From an uncultured Chloroflexia bacterium (GTDB lineage: Bacteria > Chloroflexota > Limnocylindria > Limnocylindrales > CSP1-4), in NCBI GenBank assembly GCA_963704935.1, contig CAVPIF010000001.1, positions 1,601,969-1,665,968 on the forward strand: DNA of 64,000 nucleotides, written 5' to 3'. Position 1 is the stretch's first letter, and each line of letters begins with the position of its first letter. Made by a program: the position numbers and the translations under genes. Under the pieces are notes generated by a model. That model made no database searches. It had not been told where the DNA came from and saw nothing but the letters and a program-made list of their open reading frames with translations. Shown piece after piece: positions 32,204-42,153 of the stretch.

Positions 32204-32803
32204 ATGCTGCCCGTGTTCGCCGTGGCCGTCACCCTGGTAGCGGCTGCTTGTGGCGGATCGGCATCCAGCGCCGGCGTCGCGACCCTGCAGTCGGCCGTTC
32301 CGGCCGCCTCGGATCCCGCGGCCTCCGCTGCGCCCGTCGACTTCCAGCAGGCTCTCCTCGATTACACGCAATGCCTGCGCGACAATGGCGTCGACGTCGC
32401 GGACCCACAATTCGGCGCGGACGGACGCCCCGAATTCGGCGGTGCCGCCGATGGCGGAGGTCAATTCGGGGATGTCGACACCGGCAGTCCGGAGTTCCAG
32501 GCCGCCCAGGAGGCCTGTGGCGACCTGATCGTCGGGGCCCAGCGGCAGATCGATCCGGAGGGACAGGCGGAGCGACAGGCGCAGCTGCTGGTCTTCGCCG
32601 AGTGCATGCGCGACGAGGGGATCGACTTCCCCGACCCGCAACTTGGCACGGGCGGTGGCGGACCGGGCTTCGGCGGTGGCGGTTTCGCGGACCTCGACTT
32701 CCAGTCCACGGAGGTCCAGGCCGCGCTCGATATCTGCCGCGCCGACCTCGGCGGATTCGGTCCGGGCAGCGGGCCGGGCGCCTCGGCCGGCACTGGCGAT
32801 TAG
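32204..32803 (+). CDS. Secreted lipoprotein with internally duplicated Cys-containing module
   Basis: ATG at 32204 (MLPVFAVAVTLVAAACGGS lipobox) within ORF 32129..32803. Repeats YTQCLRDNGVDVADPQFG / FAECMRDEGIDFPDPQLG. Confidence 0.6.
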   Translation: MLPVFAVAVTLVAAACGGSASSAGVATLQSAVPAASDPAASAAPVDFQQALLDYTQCLRDNGVDVADPQFGADGRPEFGGAADGGGQFGDVDTGSPEFQAAQEACGDLIVGAQRQIDPEGQAERQAQLLVFAECMRDEGIDFPDPQLGTGGGGPGFGGGGFADLDFQSTEVQAALDICRADLGGFGPGSGPGASAGTGD

Positions 32804-32805
32804 CA

Positions 32806-33876
32806 GTGAAGCGCATCCTGATCGCCGGCGTCGTGTTCGTCGTGTTGGCGGCGGCCGGGGTAGTCGGCGCCTATTCGGCCGGGCTCATCGGTGGCTCCGC
32901 GGCCACGGCTGCCGCGACCGAAGCGCCCCGACGCGCCACCGCGATCGTGACGCGCCGCACGATCGAAGCGGTGGAGGAGCTGGACGGGACTCTCGGCTTC
33001 GAGGGCTCAGGCTCCATCGTCAACCAGCTCTCGGGCACCGTGACCGCGGTTCCCGAGGCCGGGACGATCATCGAACGAGGTGACTCGATCATCGAAGTCG
33101 ACGGTGCGACTGTCTCGTACCTGATGTACGGCGCCAGGCCAGCCTGGCGCACGCTCAAGGCCGGAGTAGACGACGGCCCCGATGTCCAACAGCTCCAGGA
33201 GAACCTCCAGGCTTTGGGCTACTTCGACGAGGACCTGGAGCCGGACGAAGTCTTCGGCGACCACACGGAGGCCGCCGTCCAAGCCTGGCAGGACGAACGG
33301 GGCGTGGAGGAGGACGGGATCGTCCGACTCGGCGACGTCGTGTTCCTGTCCAGCCCCGTCCGGCTGACGGCGATCGCGGCGCAACTCGGCACCCGTGTCA
33401 GTCCCGGGCAGAACATCGCCACGACCAGTTCCACGAATCGCATCGTCACAGTCTCACTCGATGCGAACCGCCAGGACATCATCGCCGTTGGCGCCCTGGT
33501 GAGCGTGGAGCTTCCCGACGGGACCGCGGCGCCGGGATCGATCGCCGAGATCGCCAGCGTCGCGACGGCTGCGACCCAGCAGGGTGGGAGTCCGCAGGTG
33601 GCGGTGACGGTGACCCTGGACGACCCGGCCACAAGCGGGTCGCAGGACGGCGCGCCGGTGACGGTGACGATCGTCCGGGAGCGACGCGAGAACGTGCTGA
33701 CCGTGCCGGTTTCCGCCCTCGTAGCTCTCTCCGAAGGTGGCTACGCTGTGGAGCTGGCTGCGGATGATGGGACCACCCGCCTGTTGGCCGTCACCCCGGG
33801 CCTGTTCGCCGGGACCGCCGTCGAGGTCCGATCTGACAGTCTCGCCGAGGGCGACCTGGTCGTGGTCCCGGCATGA
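32806..33876 (+). CDS. HlyD/MacA-type periplasmic adaptor with inserted peptidoglycan-binding domain
   Basis: GTG at 32806 ([20 protein letters not shown]). PG_binding-like sequence [15 protein letters not shown]...[17 protein letters not shown], plus barrel-sandwich segments. Confidence 0.75.
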   Translation: MKRILIAGVVFVVLAAAGVVGAYSAGLIGGSAATAAATEAPRRATAIVTRRTIEAVEELDGTLGFEGSGSIVNQLSGTVTAVPEAGTIIERGDSIIEVDGATVSYLMYGARPAWRTLKAGVDDGPDVQQLQENLQALGYFDEDLEPDEVFGDHTEAAVQAWQDERGVEEDGIVRLGDVVFLSSPVRLTAIAAQLGTRVSPGQNIATTSSTNRIVTVSLDANRQDIIAVGALVSVELPDGTAAPGSIAEIASVATAATQQGGSPQVAVTVTLDDPATSGSQDGAPVTVTIVRERRENVLTVPVSALVALSEGGYAVELAADDGTTRLLAVTPGLFAGTAVEVRSDSLAEGDLVVVPA

Positions 33877-34586
33877 TCGCACCCGCAGGCATCGCAACGG
33901 CCGATGGGATCGTCCTCCGCCTCGACGATGTGTCCAAAGTCTACGACGGCACCCCGCCGCTCCAGGTCCTCCGCGACGTGAACCTCATCGTGCGCCGCGG
34001 GGAGCTGCTGGCGATCGTCGGACCGTCGGGTTCGGGCAAGTCAACGTTGCTGCACATCGTCGGCACCCTGGACGCGCCGACGACCGGCACCGTGGAGATC
34101 GATGGACTGGACACCTCCACGCTGTCTGACGGCCGGCTTTCCGGGCTCCGGGCGCGGTCGATCGGGTTCGTCTTCCAGCAGTTCTTCCTGATCGATGGCC
34201 AGTCCGCGCTGGAGAACGTCGCGAACGGCCTCCTCTACGCCGGGACCTCGCCAGCGGAGCGCCGGATCCGGGCGGAGGAGGCGCTCCGACGCGTGGGCCT
34301 GGGCGAGCGCATGAGCCATCCGCCCCAGAAGCTATCGGGCGGCGAACGGCAGCGCGTGGCGATCGCCCGAGCGCTCGTCGCGAGGCCGGCGATCGTGCTT
34401 GCCGACGAGCCGACCGGCAACCTCGATTCCGCCACCGGCATGGGGATCATCGAGCTGCTCGAGGAACTGAACCGGGCCGACGGGACGACGATCGCGGTGA
34501 TCACCCACGACCGCGACCTGGCCGCGCGGATGCCGCGTCGCGTCGAACTCCTGGACGGCCGGATCGTGCTGGACAGCGCCGCGTGA
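33873..34586 (+). CDS. MacB/LolD-type ABC transporter ATP-binding protein
   Basis: [37 protein letters not shown]. Confidence 0.9.
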   Translation: MIAPAGIATADGIVLRLDDVSKVYDGTPPLQVLRDVNLIVRRGELLAIVGPSGSGKSTLLHIVGTLDAPTTGTVEIDGLDTSTLSDGRLSGLRARSIGFVFQQFFLIDGQSALENVANGLLYAGTSPAERRIRAEEALRRVGLGERMSHPPQKLSGGERQRVAIARALVARPAIVLADEPTGNLDSATGMGIIELLEELNRADGTTIAVITHDRDLAARMPRRVELLDGRIVLDSAA

Positions 34587-35791
34587 GCGACGCCGGATCG
34601 CTCCGCACCGCACAGGCCAGCCGCCTCCATCCTTCTGATCTCCTCAGCATCGGCGCGGTCGGGCTCCGCTCGCGGCGCTTGCGCGCCATCCTCACGGCCG
34701 CCGGCATCGCGATCGGGATCGCCGCGATGGTGGCCGTGCTGGCCATCAGCGATTCCAGCCGGGCGGACCTGCTGCGGTCGCTGGATCGCCTCGGGACGAA
34801 TCTGCTGACGGTCTCACCCGGCAACACGTTCCGGGGGGAGGCAGCGAGCCTGCCGGACGCCGCTCCGGCGATGATCGCCCGCATCGGGCCGGTCGAATCG
34901 GTGGCGGCGGTGGCGGGCGTTGGTGCGACGGTCCGCAAGAACGACTACATCCCGGGGACCCAGACGGGCGGGATCACCGTCTATGCGGCGGACTTGGATC
35001 TCCTGGAGACCCTGCGCGGCTCGCTGGCCAGCGGCAGCTTTCTGTCCTCCGCCAACGAGGCCTATCCCGCCGTCGTGCTCGGGACGACATCCGCGTCCAG
35101 GCTGGGGTTGGATCAGGCCGGTGTCGACATCTGGCTGGGCGAGCGGTGGTTCACGGTGATCGGCATCCTGGAACCCCTGGAGCTGGCCTCGAACCTGGAT
35201 TCCGCCGCCATGATCGGGTTCCCCATCGCGGCCAGCGCGTTCGATCAGGACGGCACCGCTTCGACGATCTATGTGCGCGCCCAGACGGACCAGGTTGCGG
35301 CCGTCCAGGGCGTCCTGTCACGGACGGCGAATCCGGCAAGTCCCAACGAAGCGGAGGTCTCGCGCCCGTCCGACGCGCTGGAGGCACGCGCTGCCGCGGC
35401 CACGGCGTTCACCGCGCTGTTCGTGGGTCTCGGGGCCGTGGCCCTGGTGGTCGGCGGTGTGGGGATCGCAAACGTCATGCTCATGTCCGTGCTGGAGCGC
35501 CGGTCCGAGATCGGCTTGCGCCGCGCGCTTGGCGCCACGCGCCGGCATATCGCCCTCCAGTTCCTCGCGGAGGCGTTGATCCTCGCTCTGCTGGGCGGCG
35601 TCCTGGGCGTCTCCATCGGCGTCGCGATCGCGACCGGGTACGCGACGACCCAGGAGTGGACGCCCGTGATCCCACCCGTCGCGATCGTCGGGGGGCTCGG
35701 AGCGGCGCTGGCGATCGGGGCGGTCGCGGGCCTGTATCCGGCGGTCCGGGCCGCGCGCGTCAGCCCGACCGACGCGCTTCGCGGGGTCTGA
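34583..35791 (+). CDS. FtsX/MacB-type ABC transporter permease
   Basis: N-terminal TM, large extracytoplasmic domain, and the C-terminal FtsX 3-TM bundle ([23 protein letters not shown]). Confidence 0.85.
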   Translation: MSDAGSLRTAQASRLHPSDLLSIGAVGLRSRRLRAILTAAGIAIGIAAMVAVLAISDSSRADLLRSLDRLGTNLLTVSPGNTFRGEAASLPDAAPAMIARIGPVESVAAVAGVGATVRKNDYIPGTQTGGITVYAADLDLLETLRGSLASGSFLSSANEAYPAVVLGTTSASRLGLDQAGVDIWLGERWFTVIGILEPLELASNLDSAAMIGFPIAASAFDQDGTASTIYVRAQTDQVAAVQGVLSRTANPASPNEAEVSRPSDALEARAAAATAFTALFVGLGAVALVVGGVGIANVMLMSVLERRSEIGLRRALGATRRHIALQFLAEALILALLGGVLGVSIGVAIATGYATTQEWTPVIPPVAIVGGLGAALAIGAVAGLYPAVRAARVSPTDALRGV

Positions 35792-35859
35792 GGCCGACCG
35801 GCATCCTCCAAGTCCCGCGCGATGATCGCGGAGTCTGTCGCGGCCCGTACCGCGCTCGT

Positions 35860-35986
35860 GATGCGCAGCGCCGATCTCGGCCCGGATCGCGGCGATCGAC
35901 TCGTGCCCGTGGACCGCTTCGGCCAGCCGCGGGAACGGCCGCGCGGGCGGCGCGCCCGGGGAGGGCGCGGGTAGCGGATCGGACAT
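35860..35986 (-). pseudogene. Patchwork remnant of the 5' part of the OYE/FadH-like gene (three colinear exact fragments joined by deletions)
   Basis: 35871-35898 = 31250-31277, 35904-35929 = 31607-31632, and 35924-36040 = 31870-31986. It translates as MSDPLPAPSPGAPPARPFPRL / AEAVHGH / SIAAIRAEIG, corresponding to about aa 1-21, 100-107 and 217-228 of the intact gene. Confidence 0.75.
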
Positions 35987-36040
35987 CGACGGACGGACTC
36001 CATCTCGGTGTGAGCCGGGCCGCCTCACTCTAGCGTGACG
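35924..36040. repeat. 117-bp direct repeat, copy B
   Basis: 100% identical to 31870-31986. Confidence 0.9.
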
Positions 36041-36176
36041 GCCATCAGCCCGTGACAAACGACAGCGTGACGCCCGCGGCGTAGGGTCGCCGTGTCGGCA
36101 GCCCGACAGGCCTCGCCCGCAACATCGGGCCCGGCCGAACGTCTAGCTGCCACACAACGCGTCCGAGGGATATGAG

Positions 36177-38186
36177 ATGCGCGCTTCGCTCCCGCGGAGT
36201 GTCGTGACGATCGTCGTGGGCCTGCTCGTCGCAGCCTGTGCGACGACATCGAGCCCGGCTCCCGTGATGACGTCCAGTCCGGTCCAGGGCCCATCCTCGA
36301 CGTCGACGCCCACCAGCACATCGCCTCCGACACCGCCACCGCCCGCTGTCGGCATCGTGATCAAGGCGATCGCCGCCGGCACCGTCCATACCTGTGCGGT
36401 CACGAGCGCCGACGCGGTCAAGTGCTGGGGGGCCGGCGGCCTTCTCGGCGATGGCACGACGACCCAGCGCAACGCCCCGGTCGACGTGGCGGGCCTGGCA
36501 GGCGGGATCAGCGTGATCGCCGCAGGCTACGGGCACACGTGCGTGGTCACGACCGATGGCCGCGCCTGGTGCTGGGGCTCCAACGGGACCGGCCAGCTCG
36601 GCGATGGCACGACGACCGACCGCACCAGCCCGGTGAACGTCGCGGGTCTCGAGAGCCGGGTCAGTTCGGTCTCGACCGGCGGTTCCCACACGTGCGTGGT
36701 CACGACGGCTGGCGGCGCCAGGTGCTGGGGCTCCAACGGCATCGGCCAGCTCGGCGACGGCACGACGACCGACCGCACCAGCCCGGTAGACGTCGCGGGC
36801 CTCGAGAGCGGGGTCAGCGCCGTCGTCGCGAGCGACGAGCATTCGTGTGCGTTGACCACCGGTGGCGGGGTCAAGTGCTGGGGCTACAACCACGTCGGCC
36901 AGCTCGGCGACGGCACGACGACCGAAAGCAGCAGCGTTCCCGTCGACGTCTCGGGCCTCGGTAGCGGCGTCTCGGCGATCACCGCCGGCGGCAGCCGGGC
37001 CTGCGCGCTCGTGATCGACGGTGGGGTCAAGTGCTGGGGCAACGGCCAGGCCCGGCCTGTGCCCGTTTCAGGCCTTTCCAGCGGCATCACCGCGATCGCT
37101 CTCGGCGACAGCCATGCGTGTGCGCTGACGAGCGCGGGCGGGGTCAGGTGCTGGGGCGACAACTCCTACGGCCAGCTTGGCGACGGCACGACGACCGAGC
37201 GCAGCGCTCCCGTCGACGTCGTGGGCCTGGAGAGCGGCGTCAGCGCGATCGCTGTCGGCGACGGCCACGCGTGCGCCCTCACGAGCGCCGGCGGGGTCAA
37301 GTGCTGGGGCGACGATTCGTACTGGGAGCTTGGCGACCCCACGTTGTGCGGCAACGTCAGCAGCGTCCCGGTCGACGTGGCCCTCTCCCCGGCCACGATC
37401 ACCGGCGGGCCAGGCGACTCGTTCGAGCATGCCGCTGGCCCCACCGACGTGGTCCTTCGCTTCGACATCGGTCCGGACCTGCTGTTGCCCGGTCAGATGA
37501 ACCTTGCGGCCTTCGCGCCCGGGCCGGAATTCACCCTCTATGGCGACGGCACCGTCATCTTCCGCGACGAGCGTGCGGAGCCGCCTCCGGCCGAGGGTCC
37601 GATCGTCCGCGCCCGCCCATTCCGGATCGCCCAGCTTGGCGAGGACCAGGTCCAGTCGCTCCTGCGCTTCGCCCTCGGGGAGGGCGGACTCGGGGACGCC
37701 TGCGCTCGGTATGAAGCTCCGGCCACCGACGATCCCACCACGTCGGTCTTCGTCGTTCGCGCCGGCGACCTCGACCGGCGCGTGGAGATCGTCGGCACCG
37801 CCAACCCCCTGGAGCGCCTCGCCGACCACCTTCGGATGGTCGACACGCTGACGGGCATCGCCTCGCAGATCTGGGTCGCCGATCGCTACTGGGGCAACCT
37901 GATCGACGCGACCTCCGTCGTCGAGCTCGGCCTGCTCCCTGATCCGCGCGACGCCGGGATCTTCGCGTGGCCGTGGCCCGGCATCACTCCCCGAGACTTC
38001 GTCGCGCCGACCGGGGCGACGTGGGGATCGCCACGCCGGGCCATGTCGACGGACGAGGCGGCCGTGACGGGCTTCTCGAAGAACGGGGGCGTGGTCAACT
38101 GGGCCTACGTCTCCGGGCCGGACGGCAAGACGGTCTACACCTTCTCGCTCTGGCCGATGCTGCCGGACGACCCGGCACGCCGATGA
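36177..38186 (+). CDS. Lipoprotein with 7-bladed RCC1-repeat propeller and about 270-aa C-terminal domain of unknown function
   Basis: Lipobox VGLLVAAC. Seven repeats of the type HTCAVT..G.VKCWG.N..GQLGDGTTT.R..PV.V.GL. GAGGGA RBS. Confidence 0.85.
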   Translation: MRASLPRSVVTIVVGLLVAACATTSSPAPVMTSSPVQGPSSTSTPTSTSPPTPPPPAVGIVIKAIAAGTVHTCAVTSADAVKCWGAGGLLGDGTTTQRNAPVDVAGLAGGISVIAAGYGHTCVVTTDGRAWCWGSNGTGQLGDGTTTDRTSPVNVAGLESRVSSVSTGGSHTCVVTTAGGARCWGSNGIGQLGDGTTTDRTSPVDVAGLESGVSAVVASDEHSCALTTGGGVKCWGYNHVGQLGDGTTTESSSVPVDVSGLGSGVSAITAGGSRACALVIDGGVKCWGNGQARPVPVSGLSSGITAIALGDSHACALTSAGGVRCWGDNSYGQLGDGTTTERSAPVDVVGLESGVSAIAVGDGHACALTSAGGVKCWGDDSYWELGDPTLCGNVSSVPVDVALSPATITGGPGDSFEHAAGPTDVVLRFDIGPDLLLPGQMNLAAFAPGPEFTLYGDGTVIFRDERAEPPPAEGPIVRARPFRIAQLGEDQVQSLLRFALGEGGLGDACARYEAPATDDPTTSVFVVRAGDLDRRVEIVGTANPLERLADHLRMVDTLTGIASQIWVADRYWGNLIDATSVVELGLLPDPRDAGIFAWPWPGITPRDFVAPTGATWGSPRRAMSTDEAAVTGFSKNGGVVNWAYVSGPDGKTVYTFSLWPMLPDDPARR

Positions 38187-38800
38187 AATACCCGCACCCG
38201 TCGAACGCTCCCTCCGGCATGGAGCCCGTGCCGACGTCAACCACCGACGTCGACCCGTCAGCGGTCCACCGGCACGTCGATGCCGGTGCGGAGGCGTTCG
38301 TGGCGGCGGCGTACGAGGCTCACCACGCGCGGGTGTTCGGGTTCCTGGCTCGCGCCACCCGGGATCGTTCCGCCGCCGAGGATCTGCTGCAGGAGACCTA
38401 CCTCCGACTGACGAGCCAGGCCCGACTCGGGCGCGAGCCGATCGAGGTTCGCGCCTGGCTCTTCCGTGTCGCGTCGAACCTCGTCATCGAGCGTTCTCGC
38501 CGCCAGACGACGGTGCGCCGCTGGCTTGGCCGATACGGCCGAGGGGAGTACGAGCGGATGGTCGCGCCGTCGCCGGAGGCTGGCGTCCTGAGTCGCGAAC
38601 GGGCCGCGGAGATCGATCAGGTCCTCGAAGGACTACCCGCGGACGCCAGGCTCGCGTTGCTCCTGTCGAGCGAGGGGTTCGCCGGTCACGAGATCGCGCA
38701 GGCCATCGGTCGGTCCGACAGCGCCACCAGGGCCATGCTCTGTCGAGCCCGCGTCCGCGTCCGGCTGCGGCGGGACAAGATCGCGGAGGCGGCCCGATGA
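38183..38800 (+). CDS. ECF-type RNA polymerase sigma-70 factor
   Basis: Region 2 AEDLLQETYLRL...AWLFRVASNLVIERSR and region 4 LPADARLALLLSSEGFAGHEIAQAIGRSDSATRAMLCRAR. ATGA overlap with the RCC1 gene; alternative ATG at 38219. Confidence 0.8.
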   Translation: MKYPHPSNAPSGMEPVPTSTTDVDPSAVHRHVDAGAEAFVAAAYEAHHARVFGFLARATRDRSAAEDLLQETYLRLTSQARLGREPIEVRAWLFRVASNLVIERSRRQTTVRRWLGRYGRGEYERMVAPSPEAGVLSRERAAEIDQVLEGLPADARLALLLSSEGFAGHEIAQAIGRSDSATRAMLCRARVRVRLRRDKIAEAAR

Positions 38801-40623
38801 CCGTCCACGAGTCGTCCCTGGAGCTGGCCGCCGCGGCGATCGACTTCGATCTCGAGGAAGCCGCTCGGCTGCAGCTGGATCGGCATCTCGCCGAGTGCGC
38901 CGCGTGCCGGAGGAGTGCCGCCGCGCTCCGCGCCGACGCCGTCGCGATCGGATCCGAGGCCGGGCCGCCCCTGCCACCGGCCCGGTCCGCGGCGATCCTC
39001 GCCGCGATCATCCGGCCGCCGAGGCGCCGCCCCTCGCTGCGCCTCCTGGCCGTCGCAGCATTGTTCGCGGTCGCGGGCGGCGGTCTCATCGTCGCGGGCA
39101 TGGGCTTCAGCCGCCTCACCCAGGATCCGCAGCTCGTCATCGCGCCGAGCCCCAGCCGATCCTCGACACCTGGACCCTCGGCTGACCCGCAGGCCGAACC
39201 GTCGAATCCAGCGGGGCCGACCGCACTGCCGCCCGCCGGGTCGCCGCGCCCGACCGAGTCGCTATCCCCCTCCGCGCAGCCGGTCGGGGGATCGGCAGAG
39301 GAGCTCGGGACGATGGTTCGGATGGCGCCCGGTGCCGGTGACGACCTGTACGTATCGATCCCGGCGGCGGGGGGCGTGGTCCTGACCTCGCTCGACCGGA
39401 ACGGCAGGCCCCGCGCGGGATGGCCGGTCGTGCTCGCCGGCACGACGTCGTGCGAACTCCTGCTGCCGGCCGAGGACGGCTCGGTCCGAGTCGTCTGCAC
39501 GCTCGAGGATGCGGACGGAGTGGGGACCGGCCGGACCGGTGCGTTCGCGTTCGACCCGGCGGGCGCGTCGATGCCGGGCTGGCCGATGATCCTTGGCGAC
39601 CACGGGGCCGAAGGCTACTTCGCGGGGCGTGTCATGGGCGACGCGCTCGCGCTCTACGTCTGGGCGACGCTGAAGTCTGCCGCGACGGGTGAGCCCGATG
39701 GCACGGGCTGGATCATGGCCGTTGCCGCCGACGGAGTCGTCCGCAGCGGGACCTCGCGGCCGATCCTCGACTGCTGCGACGGCGACTGGGCGATCGGGCC
39801 GGACGGGGTCGCCTACGGGGTCATCCGCCGATACGACGATCACCCGTTCGCGCCGGCGTGGTCGTCCGAACTCCGTGCCATGAGCTTCGATGGGGTCCCG
39901 GACGGCTTCCCGAAGCACCACGATTCCAGCGCTGCCGAGCGGATCATGATCGACGGCATCGCGTCTCGACCGGCGTTCGACACCAGCGGCACGATCCGGA
40001 TGGTCGTCGCCCGGGAGGCCGGTGGGCCGGCCCGGGTCGCCGCCTATCGCCCGAACGGAAGCGTGGCGGTGGACACGGAGATCGAGCTGGGGTTCGTGGC
40101 GACCGATGTCTGCACCGGGATCGAGGGGACGTGCGAGACGCCTGCACCGCCCCTCGTCGGCGCAGATGGCACGACCGTCGTGGTCGGCGCGTATTTCACG
40201 AGTACGGCGGCGACGGCGGTCGATCGCGGCTACTACGGGATCCTGACCGGCTGGCCGTATGCCTCCGACGCCGGCCATCAGGCCGCCGGCACCTGTCGTG
40301 GGAGTGACGTGTGTGAGGGCTACGGACTGGCCCTCCCGGCGCTCGGGCCGGGCAACGTCCTTTACCTGGTCCATCGCGCCTCAGACCCCGCAGTCGGCGG
40401 CGGAAGCATCGTCGCGGTCGGCGTGGACGGCGGGGTCGTCGCCGGCTGGCCGGTCGCCCTGACGACGGCTGGCGCGGCGTTCTGGTCGGTGGTCGTCGGC
40501 GCGGACGGGACCGCGTATGCGCTGGCCATCGAGCCGGAGGCCGGCGGCGGTTCGTCGGCGACGATCGTCGCCATGGCTCCGGACAGCACGGTCCGCTGGA
40601 CCACGACGATCATCGAGCCGTAG
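38797..40623 (+). CDS. Anti-sigma factor (zf-HC2-like N-terminus, one TM) with about 480-aa extracytoplasmic GWP-repeat domain
   Basis: HLAECAACRRS, TM segment LRLLAVAALFAVAGGGLIVAGMGF, and recurrent GWP motifs. ATGA overlap with the sigma gene. Confidence 0.7.
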   Translation: MTVHESSLELAAAAIDFDLEEAARLQLDRHLAECAACRRSAAALRADAVAIGSEAGPPLPPARSAAILAAIIRPPRRRPSLRLLAVAALFAVAGGGLIVAGMGFSRLTQDPQLVIAPSPSRSSTPGPSADPQAEPSNPAGPTALPPAGSPRPTESLSPSAQPVGGSAEELGTMVRMAPGAGDDLYVSIPAAGGVVLTSLDRNGRPRAGWPVVLAGTTSCELLLPAEDGSVRVVCTLEDADGVGTGRTGAFAFDPAGASMPGWPMILGDHGAEGYFAGRVMGDALALYVWATLKSAATGEPDGTGWIMAVAADGVVRSGTSRPILDCCDGDWAIGPDGVAYGVIRRYDDHPFAPAWSSELRAMSFDGVPDGFPKHHDSSAAERIMIDGIASRPAFDTSGTIRMVVAREAGGPARVAAYRPNGSVAVDTEIELGFVATDVCTGIEGTCETPAPPLVGADGTTVVVGAYFTSTAATAVDRGYYGILTGWPYASDAGHQAAGTCRGSDVCEGYGLALPALGPGNVLYLVHRASDPAVGGGSIVAVGVDGGVVAGWPVALTTAGAAFWSVVVGADGTAYALAIEPEAGGGSSATIVAMAPDSTVRWTTTIIEP

Positions 40624-40659
40624 GGCGTCCGGGAGGGACGGAGGTGGGGGGTCACACCG

Positions 40660-41662
40660 ATGGGCAACGTCCTGCGCCGCATCCGCCGTCTGGCCTGGGT
40701 CGGGGTCGCGCTCGCGGTCGTGGCCTTGCCGCTGGGGTTGTTCGCACTTGCCAGCGCGTTGTCACCGGACATCGGCGACAACGGGATGGGCGACGCGATC
40801 GCGCTGGCCGCGGGCCTCAGCCTGCTGATCCTGGGTGTCGCCGTCCTGATCCTCGGGAGCGGGCTGGCGGTCCTTGCCGGGCGCGTGGCGGCCGATCCCG
40901 GCGAGATCCTCCGGGACGCGTCGTATCGCCCTCGCCGTCGGTCTTGCCGTCGCCGGCGGGCAGGTGCTGGTCTCGACCGTGCTCGGTGGCGGGTGGTTCA
41001 CCCTGTTTGGCCTGGGCGCTGCGCTCGCCGCCGGTTTCATCGTCGTCGGTGCCGCGTCTCGTCGACGCGTCGAGACCGCTCTGGCCGGTGCTGTCGCCAC
41101 CATGCTCCTCGGCTTGGGGGCGGTCGTCGTCATCGGCCAGGCCTCGCAGGACGACAGCCTGGCGCGACGGATGGAGCGGGTCGCCCTGTTGCCGCCCGAG
41201 ATGTCGGTCGCGGTCGATGCGGCCGCGGCCGTCGCGCCAGATCCATGGGTGGTCGCCTTCCTGGCCGGCAGGGTGACCGACTTCTCGCCCTCCGAAGAAC
41301 TCGGTTACCTGCCGACGGGGCTGGTCGGACGACCGCTCCGGGGCATCGTCGTCGTCGACTGCGCGGGTTCAGAGAGCCTCGAGATCGTGGCGCAGGACGG
41401 GGATGGACTGGTCGTCCTGGGTACCGTGTCGTGCGATCGTGAGCCGCAGGTCGTGTCGATCCAGGTGCCGGAGGCCACCGTACACACGGACCCGGCAGCC
41501 AGCTTCGTCGACGGCATCGAGGTCAGCGACGTCAACCAAGGGCCAGCGGGCGGGATGATCCGGGCGCTGCTGCTCGTGTCCCTGACCGACACGTCGGACC
41601 CTGATCGCGGCGCGCTGCTTGCCACGTTCGTCGCCGCGTTCGGTAGCGACGAACCGCGCTGA
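40660..41662 (+). CDS. Multi-pass membrane protein with C-terminal soluble domain; probable frameshift near 40890-40925
   Basis: TM helices run in ORF 40660..41442 up to GEILRD, then continue in ORF 40874..41662 (RRIALAVGLAVAGGQVLVSTVLGGGWF...). The break is at a CCGGG run at 40911-40915. Alternatively there is an independent TTG start at 40874. Confidence 0.5.
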
Positions 41663-41704
41663 GGGCTCGACGGAGGATCGCCGAGGAGATGACTGCGGCC
41701 GGAG

Positions 41705-41995
41705 CTACAGGCTCCGCAGCATCCCGTGGCCGTGGAACACGACGAGCGTCTCCCGCCGGCTGCCGGGACCGACCTGCTGATCTGCCACGAGCGCGTGGCC
41801 GGACAGGGTTCGTCCGTCCGCGGTGTGGCCCGACAGTTCTCCGCCTTCGACCTCCGGGCAGGCTCGGGTGAGGACGCGGGCCAGCCACTGGGGCTGGCCG
41901 TCGTCGTCGTCCCAGCAGTCCATCGTTGCGCTGGGAAGCGAGACCCCGGCGAAGGTCACGTCATGGAGTGCGAACCGCTCATGTCTTGAAGCCAC
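41705..41995 (-). CDS. Hypothetical small protein (96 aa)
   Basis: GTG start and consistent GC3 bias. No recognised domain. Confidence 0.35.
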   Translation of the reverse strand: MASRHERFALHDVTFAGVSLPSATMDCWDDDDGQPQWLARVLTRACPEVEGGELSGHTADGRTLSGHALVADQQVGPGSRRETLVVFHGHGMLRSL

Positions 41996-42153
41996 CGACG
42001 AACGGTACCACCCTGCCGGGTCGGCCCGGTGCGAGTTCGCTCCCGTACCACGCCGTCGCCGAGGCGCGCCGCAGGGCCGAGGTCGTGCTCGCCAGATCCA
42101 CGCCGTCGAAGATCGCCACGACGTCGAGTGGCGCGGGGGTGGATGATGGAGGC

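Noticed and set aside
31870-36063. Mobile element (IS, integron cassette or integrative island) as the explanation for the repeat-flanked cassette
   Set aside because: There is no transposase, integrase or recombinase ORF. There are no terminal inverted repeats, attC-like sites or adjacent tRNA. The repeat is gene-derived sequence.
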